From Girardia tigrina (taxonomy: Eukaryota), in contig MQRK01227676.1 in the NCBI GenBank assembly GCA_001938485.1, positions 46,765 through 104,001 on the forward strand: a stretch of 57,237 nucleotides of DNA, read 5' to 3'. Both the position numbers and the translations under genes were made by a program. Positions within the stretch are counted from its first letter, which is position 1, and the number at the start of each line of letters is the position of its first letter. Under the pieces are notes generated by a model, which saw only the letters and a program-made list of their open reading frames with translations, searched no databases and had not been told where the DNA came from. Of the stretch, positions 43,501 to 52,669 are shown piece after piece.

Positions 43501-46500
43501 NNNNNNNNNNNNNNNNNNNNNNNNNNNNNNNNNNNNNNNNNNNNNNNNNNNNNNNNNNNNNNNNNNNNNNNNNNNNNNNNNNNNNNNNNNNNNNNNNNNN
43601 NNNNNNNNNNNNNNNNNNNNNNNNNNNNNNNNNNNNNNNNNNNNNNNNNNNNNNNNNNNNNNNNNNNNNNNNNNNNNNNNNNNNNNNNNNNNNNNAATAC
43701 GCTTCCTATCTTCGTCTGAAATGCGTTTATAGACTCGTTTATTAGGATTAGAATTTTCCATTAGAATTGAAAATTGAATGTTATAATTAGAATTGAAAAA
43801 ATTGAATTTTTAAAAAATTAAATCAATTTACGTTTTAGGTAAATTGAATGTGGGAAACGGCAATTCAATTGTTGTTTCTGGTCAAATGAATGTAAAAACC
43901 TATATTATATTAAACAATTATAATTGTTAAAAAATCGTATAAAACGATTGACTTTTATGGAAAATAATTTATTTGGTAACATAAAATAAATTCAAAATGG
44001 TATCAAAATTACTGTCAGATGTCGCTTCCATAATAAAATCGGTATAACTGCATCTGTAAACGCAAGATTTTTGAGATCTTATTTTAACATCACTTATTTT
44101 TTATAAGTACATTATTTATGAGAGTTTTTAATTCTTGTAAACATTTAGAAAAAAAACCGGCATCAAAACCGGTAAAATTTTTCCGGAGTCAAAGCCGCTA
44201 CCGGAGTTGAAAAAATCGTCGGATAGCCGGTTTTCCGGAGCCGGGGCCGAAAACCGGTACATCCCTAATTTAGATAGTGTGGAGTGGAAAATTAAAGGAT
44301 TGGCCTAACATTTTGCCAGTTTGGAAAAGATAATATAAATAAATTAAATAATTAAGTAATATAAAAATTAAATTTTGATTAAAAACTGAACGCAATTTTT
44401 AAAAATTTATTGTAATTAATTTCGGCGGATTACCCAGTGCCATCTACAAACAAAATTAACATTAGTTTTTGCAGATTATATGAGTGATGATTATGTAATC
44501 AATTATGTCATAAAGGCTCTATTTGATAATGTTTAACAGAGAAGTTGAGTGTGAAGCTTAAATATTAATTTTAGGATCCATGAATCTTATTAATAAGGAC
44601 TCACACGTTACTCTTCTCAGTAATTTTTAAATCGATTACACAGAATTTGAAAATCATTTTCTTCGATTTTCTTTTTACATTTTAAACTATGTTCAGCAAT
44701 ATTGCTCCCATTATCCAGTCGTTCAGTTTTTAATCAAGATTATAATCCTCAACAACCTGGCGCCGCAGATCTATGACGGAAATAGCGATGTGGAGGAGTT
44801 CATCGCAGTGTCAAAGAATTTTCAAAGTTTCACAAATCAGTGAAACAATATTGCCGATGGTGGTAAAAGCTTTTTTGCATCGGGATTTGCTGGTTACCTA
44901 CGAAAACGTCGATAATAAAATTATCAGTTTTGCCGACAGACTCCGGAAGACCTTTAAAAGACCATCATCTCTTATTCAAGACCTGCAGGAGATCATTAAT
45001 TATCGGAAAGGAACATATCCAGCAATGATGTATTTCAATAAAATTGAAAAGATGGTTGATCGAATCCTCAACCACAAATGGAGCAAGCCAGGATTGATGG
45101 CATATTTTTTGACCCATTGAGTAGAAGATATCGAAGTAAAATAACAAATTTATATGGAGGAAACCAAAAACAGTGATCGAAAAAAATGGACACGATTAAG
45201 AAGGAAGTACAGGCGGGTGAGATTGCTAATATTCATCGACAGAAGACATTTGCTACTGTTCTCAAAGAGCAAGCGGCATTTACAGCTCAATCAAATCAAC
45301 AAAGAAGGTTCTCAGAAACAAGAAACTTCAATTCTCAGAGGCCAGTTAGAAATCAATATTATGGAAACGCTAGCAATTCAATTATATGTTATGGTTGCCA
45401 AAAAAGTGGTCATATTCGCCGTGATTGCCCGAACAATATCAAGATTTGCTATGGCTACAAAGGTGAAGGACACATTAGAAGAGTGTCCTTATTTGAAATG
45501 CTCAACATGTAAGTTTCCAGGTCATTTGGCTTATCAGTATTTCAGAAAAAATTACGAAATGATTCAATCGGGTCAAAACAAGTGGCATAATAACAGAAGA
45601 AATCAAACGGTTAAACGAGCAGTGACTGGCTTAGATGAGGCAGATGGTGTACAAATGGAAGATTATCAAAACAGCTGGATACCCAAATGACGAGGTTTAA
45701 TCAGATCAGGGCATGATTGGAGCCATACATTAAGAAGTAAGATTAGTCTGGATCATTGTAAATATAATGTAAATTTTAATAATAATTTTAATAATACTGA
45801 TTTATGTTCTATTGATAAGATGGTTGAATTTTTTATGAATGAAAAGGGCACATTAAATTATGATGTATTCAATGAGCGGCCAAGTATGAAAACTAATTCT
45901 AAGAATATAGAAATGAATTGTTTCTTTGACACAGGAGCCCGAATTAATGTGTAAATTGGAAATTAGTTGAACAATTAGAAATTCCGCTGAATAATAATAC
46001 GACGATTTCAGCAGTATGTGCGAATGGGACCAATATGGAGTTGACCGGATTGTGTTATATAGATGTAAAATGGAGAAGTATCAAAACGCGACAACTATTT
46101 TATGTTTCAAAAGAAGTTTTTCCGTCAATCCTCTTTGGAATTGGACTGATTAAAGCTCTTGATTTTGAACTCAGATGTCAGATGAATAAGTTACAGGAAG
46201 GTAAAGAAAAATTGCAAATATCAGAGATGTCAAAAAGTGATATGATTTGTACTAGTGATCCATATATAAATAAATGCAAATACTCAGCCGCTGATAGATT
46301 AATGAATGTTAAAGAGAAGTTACAGCTTCGTGAAGGGACCCGATTATATAAATGTATCGAGAAATATAAAAATATTTTTATGGTTGGAAAGTGGGACATT
46401 GGTAAAACCTCGTGGATCAGACATGAAATTAAAAATAGTGGATTGCCAATTATACAGAAACCACAGAGACCACCAGCACATTTGGAACGTCATATAGAAG

Positions 46501-49500
46501 AGGGTATCAAGAATTTGGAGCAAAATGGAATCATAGAAAAATGGAATTCATCGCCTTGGAATACACCAATGGTCTGTGTTTGGACGAAAGAAAAAAATGA
46601 AATTCGGTTATGTCTTGATTTTAGATTGTTAAATCAAGTTACAGAGAGACCAATATTTCCGATGCCAAATATAGACGAAATGTTAGATTCATTAAATGGC
46701 ATGAAATGGTTCAGTTCAATAGATTTAGGAAACGCCTACTATCAAGTAGAATTGGACAAGTCTTCAAAATTAAAAACTGCATTTTCAACAAAGACGGGAC
46801 AATAGTGTTTTACGAGAATGCCATTTAGCATAGCGGCAGCTCCGGCAACATTTCAACGACTGATGAATGATGTTCTTAAAGACATGTTATAGAAAGAAGC
46901 TCTCGTATATTTAGACGATATTCTGGTATTCTCAGAAACGGAGATGGAACATTTTAATAGATTAAAAAAATTGTTTTCAAAGGTACAAGAAGCAGGGTTA
47001 CGAATTAATCCTGAAAAGTGTAAACTATTTCAGAAGAAACTGCGATTCCTAGGTCATATAGTGAATATAGATGGCATAAAAACAGATCCGGATAAAATCA
47101 AAACAATTTTAGAGTTTCAACGACCAAAATGTGTGAAAAAGTTGCATAGTTTTCTGGGTTTATGCAATTATTATAGGAAGTTCATTTTGAATTATTCAAA
47201 ACCGGCAAGATCACTGGAATCCATGTGCAGTAGAAGTATTCAAACAGTCAATGACAAAATTAGGATTCCGAAAAGTACCAGAAGTGACTGTATTACATTC
47301 TTTCATAAATTTTTATGTCATGCACGTGATCTTCAGCATTCTCCTGTAGTACTTCATTTCAAACACTTTAAGTATATCCATGCTCTTCTGATTTATTGTC
47401 CAACTCTCGTATCCATAGAGGAGTGTTGCCCAGACAATAGCCTTAGTGATCTTTATCTGCTCTTGAGATGGGTTTCTTTGAGATTAAAAACTGTGCTAAT
47501 TTTAATCATTGCGCTTGTTGATATACCAATCCGGCTTCTGATTTCTTCTTCGCTTCCCCCATTCTCTGTGATAGTAGAGCCTAAATATTTGAAACTCATA
47601 ACTTGTTCCAGTTTCTCCCCTTCAATGAAAATCTCCAGTTCTACCTCACCTCATGGTAAATAGAAGATACAGTAAGTTGTTAAACTCCCCCGACATAGAA
47701 CGATATGTCGCTCTATTAGAAGAAATATGGTATTTTGTTTCTTTTGTTACTAATTTCGATTTTAATTGCACATGTTAAAACGTGATTTTCGCAACATTTA
47801 CTTGTACCAGTTCAAGCAAGGGCGTAATGCAGCTCAAACCGCTCGAAAAATCAACGAAGTTTTGTCGCAAGGGAAGTGTCAACGAATACACGGTGCAGCT
47901 CTGGTATCAAAAGTTTCGCTGTGGCAATACCAGCGTGGAAGATGAGCCTCATGGCAGCCGCCCATCGACGATTGACAACGAATTGAAGGTGGTGGAAGCC
48001 GATCCACGCACAACTGTTCGAACACTCCCTCAACCATCGCTCGGAACTTGAAGCAAATTGGAAAGTTGAAAAAGCTCGATAAATAAGTTCCTCAGGAATT
48101 GAACGAAAGTCAAAAAATCGTCGTTTTGAGGTGTCTTCCGCGCTTCTTCTGCGCAACAAGAACGACCCGTTTCTCGATCGGATTGTGACGTGTGATGAGG
48201 AGCGGATTCTCTACGACTATCGGCAACATTCGGCACAATGGTTGGACCGCGATGAGGCTCCTCACCCCTTTCCGAAACCGAAACTCCACCAAAAGAAGGT
48301 TATGGTGACTGTTTGGTGGTCTGCAGCCGGTCTCATCCATGACAGCTTTCTGAATACGAGTGAAACGATCACCGCAGAGAAGAACTGCCAACAAATTGAC
48401 AAAATGCATCACGAGCTCCGACGTATGTGCCCGAGATTGGTCAATATGAAGGGTCAATTCTCCTCCACGACAACGCCCGGCCACACATCGCAACACCGAT
48501 CATACAAAAGCTAAACGAATTGGACTACGAAACTCTGCCTCATCCACCCTACTCACTGGACCTCTCGCCCACCGACCACCATTTTTTCAAGCATCTGGAC
48601 AACTTCCTCCAGGAAAAATGCTTCCAAAACCAAGACGACGTCAAAGACGCATTTAACGCTTTCATCGCATCCAGAACTCAGGAGTTCTACACTAGGGGAA
48701 TCAAAAAACTTGTTTCTTGTTGGCAAAAATGTATTGATTCTGATGATTTTTATTTCGATCAATAAAGTCTATTCTGTGCTGAGTTACATTTGTTTAAAGT
48801 TTAGGTTCAAAAACCAAAACTAAAGTTTAGAAAAATGTGGATTCGAGGAACAGTCACCCTTCCGAAAAGAGGGGAGGTAGTGGTTTCTCAAATCAATTTA
48901 ATAATAATAATTGAAATGTAAGAAAGGATGATGGAGCAGAGCACAGTAGTTTTAACAGAGGCCGAGTAAATAATTATAGAGGAAATTATAGAGGCCACAA
49001 TAATAACAGAGGCAATATGAATAACAATGACGGTAATAATTATAGAAATGATAATAGAGGTAACAATAATTATCAAGTCCTTCGTTTAATGTCAAAAGGG
49101 GGATTAGATCAAGCCTGGTTACGTCGCTCCCGGAGATGTTGACGCTGGCCAGGGAGCTACTGAAGGTCGAAAAGAGTGTCCAAAGGGACATATCGATGGT
49201 CGCGTCCCGAACTAACATCTCGAGGGGGCGTGGTGGATTCAATCATGGCAAGGCTAAAGCTCACAGGAGGTTCCAAAAAACTAAAGTTTATGCTCCAAAA
49301 CCTGCATCGATGTTGCAACATGTTAATATTTGAATTGTGATCTGCGAACTAGAATCAAGTGCCTCCTCGTAATGATAATAAATATTCTAATAGTAATTGT
49401 GGCAGTGTTCTCAACAATAATATTGATCAATTGTTAAAAAATTATTGATAAATCAAGTGAAAATATTAATACCAAATCATTTTTCAAAAATAGTAAAGAA

Positions 49501-51918
49501 AAATCAATAATCAAGTTATTCTAACCCGATTATTTTATTCTCCCGCAACCGTTTATTCGTATCAAAACAGCAGTACTCCTTGTCCTGCTCTCTCTCGGCC
49601 GCCCCGCCTCCATTCGCCCTCGTTTTCCGGTGCTGCCAATCTCCCACGAGATCCGTCCCGGATTGCCACACAGAACTCAATTGGGCCGATTCTGTCGTGG
49701 CGAATCGCACTAATTTACCCTGGCCAAACTTGTTGTGCGACCCGAGCGCGCAGAAGGCGCAGCGGACCGCTCCGGTTACTGCTCCATTTGCAGTAACCTC
49801 AGCGATCGCCCCCCCTGCCACTGGAAGAGGACTCGCCTCATTCACAAATCTTAATCGATATTTATGATCGAATTTCGGTCTCAATTATGATCAAATCATT
49901 TAAAAATAATAAAAAATAATGAGGGTGTATTTACTTTTAAAAATTATTTTTGTTTAATTTGAAAAAAATATTTTCAAATATTTTTTTTTAGTTTTCAGTT
50001 AATATTTAATAATTTTCCAATAAATTATTTTATTTAATTCTAGGATTTTTTTTATTTTTTTATCCAATTCAGGAATTTTAAATAAAATTTAATCATTTAT
50101 AAAATAATGTTAAACTAATTTTAAAAAATCATTTAGAAAATAAAAATTAATTATTTAAAAAATAAATTAAAAAAATTATATTTAAATAATTTAGAAATTT
50201 GTAAAAAGAATTATTTTAAAAATACTACATCAATTAAAAAAAATATTTCAAAACATTATTAAATCAACAAAAAATAATAAATCACGTAAATTAATTTTAA
50301 AAAATTAAAAATCATTTATAAAATAATAATCAAATGATCAAAAAATAAAGAAAAGAGTATTTTGAAAGTTATTAAAAAATAAATGATAAAATAATAATGT
50401 TCTATTAAAAAATTATATTTAAATAATTAAAAAAAATTTTTTAATCATTTTAAAAATAATAAATTAATTTAAAAAAATATGTTTAAAGATATCAACAAAA
50501 AAAATAATAAATCACGTAAATCAATTTTAAAAAATTAAAAATCATTTATAAAATAATAATCAAATGATCAAAAAATAAAGAAAAAATGATTTTGAAAGTT
50601 ATTAAAAAATAAATGATAAAATAATAATGCACTATTAAAAAATATTTAAATTATTAAAAAAAATTTTTAATCGTTTTAAAAATAATAAATTAATTTAAAA
50701 AAATATATTTAAAGATATTAACAAAAAAATAATAAATAATTTCAAATCATTTTAAAAAATAAAAATTACTTAATTAAAAAATAATAAAAAATATAAAAAT
50801 AATTATAGTATAAAATGTAATTATAATTAAAAAATAATGATAGATCATTCTAAAAATAAAAAAAATCGTCTTAAAAATAATGAAAAAAACAATAAAATTT
50901 TATCAAAATAATTTAAAAAATCCTTTTTAAAATCATAATTAATTCAAAAATAATGGAAAAAACATTTTAAAATGATTCCAAAAATAGCGATAAATCATTT
51001 TTTAAAAGAATGCTTTAAAAAATTATTTAAAAATAATGATAATATAATAAGAAAATAAATTTATTTATAAGAAAATTATTTTATTTAATGCTAGAATTTT
51101 TTTATTTTTTTTATCCAGTTCAGGAATTTTAAATAAAATTTAATCATTTATAAAATAATGTTAAACTAATTTTAAAAAATCATTTAGAAAATAATAATTA
51201 ATTAATTAAAAAATAAATTTAAAAAAATATATTTAAATAGTTTAGAAATTTTTTAAAATAATGATAAAATAATAAGAAAATAAAAAATAATCATTTATAA
51301 AATAATGTTAAATGAATTAAAAAAACTTCAATTAGAAAGTAATACTTAATCAATTAAAAAATCATTAAAAATCAATCCAAATATAATGATAGATAATGAT
51401 TTTTTGGGACAAAATAATACAACAATATTATAATACTTTTATAATAATTTCAAATCAATTAAAATAATGATAAATCATTTTTAAAATAATAAAAAAACAC
51501 TTAAAAAGTCATTTAATACAATAAAAAATAATACTTTATAAAATGTTAAATTAATTTTTAAAAATCATTTAACAAATAATAATTAATTACATAAAAAAAT
51601 AATTAAAAATTAAAAAAATACAATTCAATAAAAATAATAATTACTTAAAAATCAACAAAAAATAATTAATTAATTTAAAAATAATTTAAAAATAATGAAG
51701 TAAAAATCATTAAAAATCAATTCAAAAATAATAACGACAATTAGATATTTCTGGCGTCAATAAAATGCGCACCTGCTTATTCTCGCCATCTCCGATTCTT
51801 CTTCTTCTTCTGTCTTAATGGCATTGTCGACCGATTCATCTGTAGACACTATTTGGATTTTCATTCGCCGACTGTTAACCGACTCGAACAAATCCGAGTC
51901 TTTGCTTTCATCTGACAT
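1032..51918 (-). CDS. LPT: Multi-exon MLL3/4 (KMT2C/D) N-terminal homolog, LPT-like: 7 PHD-type fingers + HMG box + Q-rich region; 3' end outside window
   Basis: 24 exons join with consistent phases (about 6.5 kb CDS). KMT2C-like motifs appear in the expected order: [29 protein letters not shown]...[75 protein letters not shown] (HMG). Symbol is tentative; KMT2C/D family assignment is firm. Confidence 0.92.
1767..2249. mobile_element. Non-autonomous hAT MITE
   Basis: TIR CAGTGGTGTAG / CTACGCCACTG; perfect 8-bp TSD ACTACAAT at 1759-1766 and 2250-2257. Confidence 0.9.
2658..3205 (-). CDS. HMG-box exons (2787-3205; 2658-2732)
   Basis: [22 protein letters not shown]...IQKLWRKL...RQEWV|NKSRLN matches the KMT2C/D HMG box; 54-nt intron. 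Confidence 0.92.
4924..7074 (+). mobile_element. Chapaev3 (CMC) DNA transposon, near full length, transposase pseudogenised (about 5105-6773)
   Basis: Motifs [78 protein letters not shown]; stops and frameshifts; degenerate TIRs (CA..GTGTAAYAA) with TAA 3-bp TSD. Confidence 0.85.
7177..7406. mobile_element. piggyBac-type MITE
   Basis: TTAA|CCCATTAAG ... CTTAATGGG|TTAA. Confidence 0.85.
7531..8233 (+). mobile_element. Composite repeat: 340-bp palindrome plus tail ending AAGCAAGCTAATAAAAACGTGGTAA (Helentron/DINE-1-like?)
   Basis: Arms 7531-7662 and 7738-7870; tail about 8109-8233; the same arrangement occurs in reverse at 25862-26548. Confidence 0.7.
8571..9212 (-). CDS. Q/N/P-rich exon containing PPPPPY
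   Basis: Long ORF with TAG acceptor and GTTAGC donor, phase 1-1. Confidence 0.8.
9920..10148. repeat. 49-bp near-perfect inverted repeat with about 130-bp spacer (MITE-like)
   Basis: AATGCGCCAAATATATAAGTTTCAAGTCTTATAGAATCATTGATCGTAA at 9920-9968 and its reverse complement (1 mismatch) at 10100-10148. Confidence 0.8.
10429..10508. repeat. (TA)n/(TG)n microsatellite (other TA tracts at 12-57, 57057-57088, 57215-57235)
   Basis: Direct observation. Confidence 0.95.
10610..10920 (-). mobile_element. Ty3/Gypsy pol fragment (protease end to RT start)
   Basis: [15 protein letters not shown], then [28 protein letters not shown]. Confidence 0.6.
11340..11787 (-). mobile_element. Tc1-like element 5' end with IR/DR-type repeats
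   Basis: End CAGTAGCGCTCAAAATGATAAGG, repeated internally at about 11576-11598; degenerate transposase start [24 protein letters not shown]. Confidence 0.6.
11844..13668 (-). CDS. Six-exon cluster (13372-13668; 13216-13327; 12921-13133; 12582-12871; 12265-12523; 11844-12218)
   Basis: Introns of 44, 82, 49, 58 and 46 nt with consistent phases; LGIGGFRAR and [11 protein letters not shown] resemble KMT2C PGIGGF and FPAYLQEAFFG. Confidence 0.85.
14880..15240 (-). mobile_element. Ty3/Gypsy integrase C-terminus + PPT + LTR start
   Basis: [23 protein letters not shown]...[15 protein letters not shown]; purine tract AAAGAAAAGGGAA followed by TGTTAGG. A related integrase piece lies at about 14160-14400. 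Confidence 0.6.
15250..17340 (+). mobile_element. Decayed Tc1/mariner of DD41D (rosa)-like type, interrupted by an RTE LINE
   Basis: [12 protein letters not shown]|CGES rejoins across the LINE; [12 protein letters not shown], and [18 protein letters not shown] motifs. Confidence 0.6.
15314..16542 (+). mobile_element. 5'-truncated RTE-clade LINE (RT pseudogene)
   Basis: [46 protein letters not shown]; TSD ATATTCGATG at 15304-15313 and 16543-16552. Confidence 0.92.
17424..17704 (-). CDS. Two exons (17610-17704; 17424-17564)
   Basis: 45-nt GT-AG intron; phases 1-0 and 0-0 fit the flanking exons. Confidence 0.75.
18300..18445 (+). mobile_element. Possible Gypsy integrase zinc-binding remnant
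   Basis: GC-richer patch reading HVIVP...[16 protein letters not shown]. Confidence 0.35.
19101..19283 (+). mobile_element. Short non-autonomous RTE-tailed element (SINE-like)
   Basis: The last ~50 nt resemble the 3' tail of the RTE at 16489-16542; A-tail; degenerate CTTTTAT TSD. Confidence 0.7.
19472..19680. mobile_element. Tc2/pogo-like MITE
   Basis: TA|CCGTATTTTC ... GAAAATACGG|TA. Confidence 0.85.
19763..20300 (+). repeat. Unclassified dispersed repeat; inverted copy at about 32180-32677
   Basis: Shared TGTGAGGAATATTT...TTCTCCCACCC.GATGGAAAT...TTAGAACGATG; both begin a similar ORF (SES..ESKCDCN). Confidence 0.75.
21430..21700 (+). mobile_element. Ty3/Gypsy integrase C-terminal fragment with possible PPT/LTR start
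   Basis: [25 protein letters not shown] (GPY/F-like), then GTAGGGA|TGTAAG. Confidence 0.5.
22093..22367 (-). CDS. Exons 11-12 (22264-22367; 22093-22220)
   Basis: 46- and 43-nt introns; [12 protein letters not shown] resembles KMT2C QDGVCLTESG. Confidence 0.8.
22414..22788 (-). CDS. Exon 10: GSWKC...[11 protein letters not shown]...last PHD
   Basis: 52-nt intron upstream; KMT2C/D WQNNYT.CAPC motif. Confidence 0.93.
22841..23191 (-). CDS. Exon 9: PHD fingers of second cluster
   Basis: [23 protein letters not shown]...[13 protein letters not shown]...[12 protein letters not shown], closely KMT2C/D-like. Confidence 0.95.
24653..24742 (-). CDS. Exon 8: basic, NLS-like ([11 protein letters not shown]...[10 protein letters not shown])
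   Basis: TAG acceptor, consensus GTAAGT donor, phase 0-0. Confidence 0.75.
25479..26548 (-). mobile_element. Second, reverse copy of the palindrome-tail element with an extra tandem tail
   Basis: Palindrome 26224-26548 with its spacer reverse-complemented relative to copy 1; tails at 25862-25993 and 25479-25616 with CAGA/CAAA microrepeats. Confidence 0.7.
26738..27234. mobile_element. piggyBac-type MITE
   Basis: TTAA|CCCTTTGAGTCA ... TGACTGAAAGGG|TTAA. Confidence 0.85.
27610..28643 (-). mobile_element. hAT deletion derivative retaining the C-terminal dimerisation domain
   Basis: TIR YAGTGTTTYTTTCAGCC; 8-bp TSD GTTCCAAG; FPNL...[26 protein letters not shown]. Confidence 0.9.
29287..29715 (-). 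CDS. Exon 7: low-complexity S/N-rich linker
   Basis: 53-nt intron upstream; AAG|GTAATT donor; open frame. Confidence 0.8.
29769..30032 (-). CDS. Exon 6: remainder of fourth PHD ([13 protein letters not shown]...CPTC)
   Basis: CAG acceptor, GT donor, phase 0-0; completes the Cys4-His-Cys3 pattern. Confidence 0.85.
30769..31080 (+). mobile_element. Penelope-like RT C-terminal fragment
   Basis: [11 protein letters not shown]...[10 protein letters not shown]...[10 protein letters not shown]...LSKNGF matches the PLE thumb pattern. Confidence 0.65.
31251..31818. mobile_element. Unclassified MITE with long degenerate TIRs
   Basis: ATGTTATGCCGAATT...TGCCGAATTCACGAA / TTCGTGAATTCGGCA...AATTCGGCATAACAT; no TSD found. 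Confidence 0.75.
32937..33059 (-). CDS. Exon 5 ([16 protein letters not shown]...CAVCERAW), absent from ORF track
   Basis: Manual translation; resembles the KMT2C WHHN...CD.C linker and start of the next PHD; phase 0-0. Confidence 0.88.
33437..33895 (+). mobile_element. Mariner 5' fragment with nested piggyBac-type MITE (33523-33767)
   Basis: TIR TGTGGTGCGCTCAATAAGT; [18 protein letters not shown]; nested TTAA|CCCTAATGGGGCC...GGCCCCATTCGAG|TTAA. Confidence 0.75.
33927..34993 (-). mobile_element. Cecropia-type (Hsmar1-like) mariner, gapped
   Basis: TIR TTAGGTTGGTCGAAAAATAATGGCGG; [28 protein letters not shown]; HDNAR.H; HPPY; YFD*. Confidence 0.9.
35090..35335 (-). mobile_element. Internally deleted cecropia mariner fragment
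   Basis: [19 protein letters not shown]...NDPFL fused directly to the C-terminal segment. Confidence 0.85.
35600..36345 (+). mobile_element. Decayed DD41D-like Tc1/mariner remnant
   Basis: [14 protein letters not shown] and ICRNGTI*WQARS...LWNY motifs. Confidence 0.5.
36858..37216 (-). CDS. Exon 4: tandem PHD fingers
   Basis: CSLC...HYHSNC...[12 protein letters not shown]...[12 protein letters not shown]...WKCDSC; phase 1-0. Confidence 0.93.
37520..37815 (+). mobile_element. Old mariner remnant
   Basis: [15 protein letters not shown] and [21 protein letters not shown]. Confidence 0.55.
38690..38905 (+). pseudogene. Two degenerate C2H2 zinc fingers, antisense within an intron
   Basis: [24 protein letters not shown], then frameshifted [26 protein letters not shown]. 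Confidence 0.6.
39933..41080 (+). mobile_element. Mariner (DD34D) with both TIRs, frameshifted and internally deleted
   Basis: TA|TTAGGGTGAACCAAAAGTCTT ... AAGACTTTTGGTTCACCCTAA|TA; [28 protein letters not shown]. Confidence 0.93.
41414..41982 (-). CDS. Exon 3: extended PHD (DEFSFVGLP...AHQSCALW...CAFC..HGASIAC...HYPC...CPYH)
   Basis: KMT2C ePHD1 motifs; phase 2-1. Confidence 0.9.
42501..43902 (-). mobile_element. IS630/Tc1-superfamily DD35E (Gambol-like) transposon
   Basis: About 50-bp near-perfect TIR TAGGTTTTTRCATTCATTTGACCAGAAAC; TA TSD; [27 protein letters not shown] (35 aa between D and E). Confidence 0.88.
44155..44267. mobile_element. Single hAT-like terminus with CCGG-rich subterminal motifs
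   Basis: Ends CCGGTACATCCCTA (reverse complement TAGGGATGTACCGG); no partner end found. Confidence 0.55.
44278..47325 (+). mobile_element. Ty3/Gypsy LTR retrotransposon, decayed: putative 5' LTR 44278-44754, PBS at 44758, gag, protease, RT
   Basis: TGT...ACA followed by TGGCGCC; [14 protein letters not shown] knuckle; FDTGA; [31 protein letters not shown]; multiple stops and deletions. Confidence 0.92.
47328..47657 (-). mobile_element. RTE LINE fragment, same family as 15314-16542
   Basis: Reverse complement closely matches about 15890-16218. Confidence 0.9.
47700..48815 (+). mobile_element. Cecropia-type mariner, frameshifted, ends truncated
   Basis: [36 protein letters not shown]. Confidence 0.9.
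48829..49074 (+). repeat. Gag-like N/G/R-rich fragment, inverted copy of 53264-53539
   Basis: Near-identical reverse complement lacking one internal repeat unit. Confidence 0.88.
49550..49849 (-). CDS. Exon 2: ePHD pre-zinc-finger ([17 protein letters not shown])
   Basis: Resembles KMT2C CAFCYCG...GQGDL; AG/GT boundaries, phase 2-2. Confidence 0.85.
49900..51740. repeat. Extremely AT-rich intron 1 with local duplications
   Basis: ATCACGTAAA at 50281 and 50511 (period about 230); CAGGAATTT block at about 50070 and 51121; recurrent AAATCATTT motif. Confidence 0.75.
51773..51918 (-). CDS. LPT/KMT2C-like exon 1 (MSDESKDS...ARIS)
   Basis: ATG at 51918 in an A-rich context; donor AG|GTGCGC is phase 2 and matches the exon 2 acceptor. 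Confidence 0.65.
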
Positions 51919-52669
51919 TTTATTTCCACTGAAAAAATTTTCGTATTTGTGGAAATTTTTTTCCAATTTTTTCTCTCAAATAATTTTCTCTTTCAAACGA
52001 ATAAAATTTCACACGATAAAAAATTATAGTCGGTAGAGAAAATCAGTTTTTTGTCAATCTTTTTTTCAAATTTTTTTTCAAATAATCAAAATTAGTTTAC
52101 CTTTCGATTTCATTTGGATTAATTAAACAAAATGTACTTTTGGTAATGAATTTTTTTCGGGTATTTTTACGATTTTCTTTTTGTGATTTTTTTGCTTTTG
52201 CGATTTATTATTTTTTTAATTAGAGAATAATAGACATGTCATTTACTTATTTTCTATTAGAGTATGTTTAGTGAGGTTTACTGTTATAGTTTTTTTTCAA
52301 TTTTATTTTAAATAAATTGAAATATTTTAAAGCTTATCCTGATTTCCGAAAAATCTGCTATAAAAATTCATTTTAACTAATTGATAATATAAATCAAATA
52401 AAAACAATTGAATTGAAAAAAATCTTATGGGATTTTATCAATTGAACTTTTTTTAACTAGGAATCCATAAATTTGTGAATAAAATCTAATTTATAGGTAA
52501 AAATATACTAACAGTGTACGAAAATTTTTTCGTTTAAAAAAATTTGAATTTTAAATTTCTGGGACTCATTTCATTAGTGAAATAAATAGAAAAAGTTAAG
52601 AAGTAAAAGTAACTGTTTTTCGAAAAATTCGCAAAAATCAACTTAATCGTGTATTTATAAAAAAATTTA

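Noticed and set aside
46944-47663. 239-aa ORF as a novel fusion protein
   Set aside because: Chance read-through from Gypsy RT into an antisense RTE fragment.
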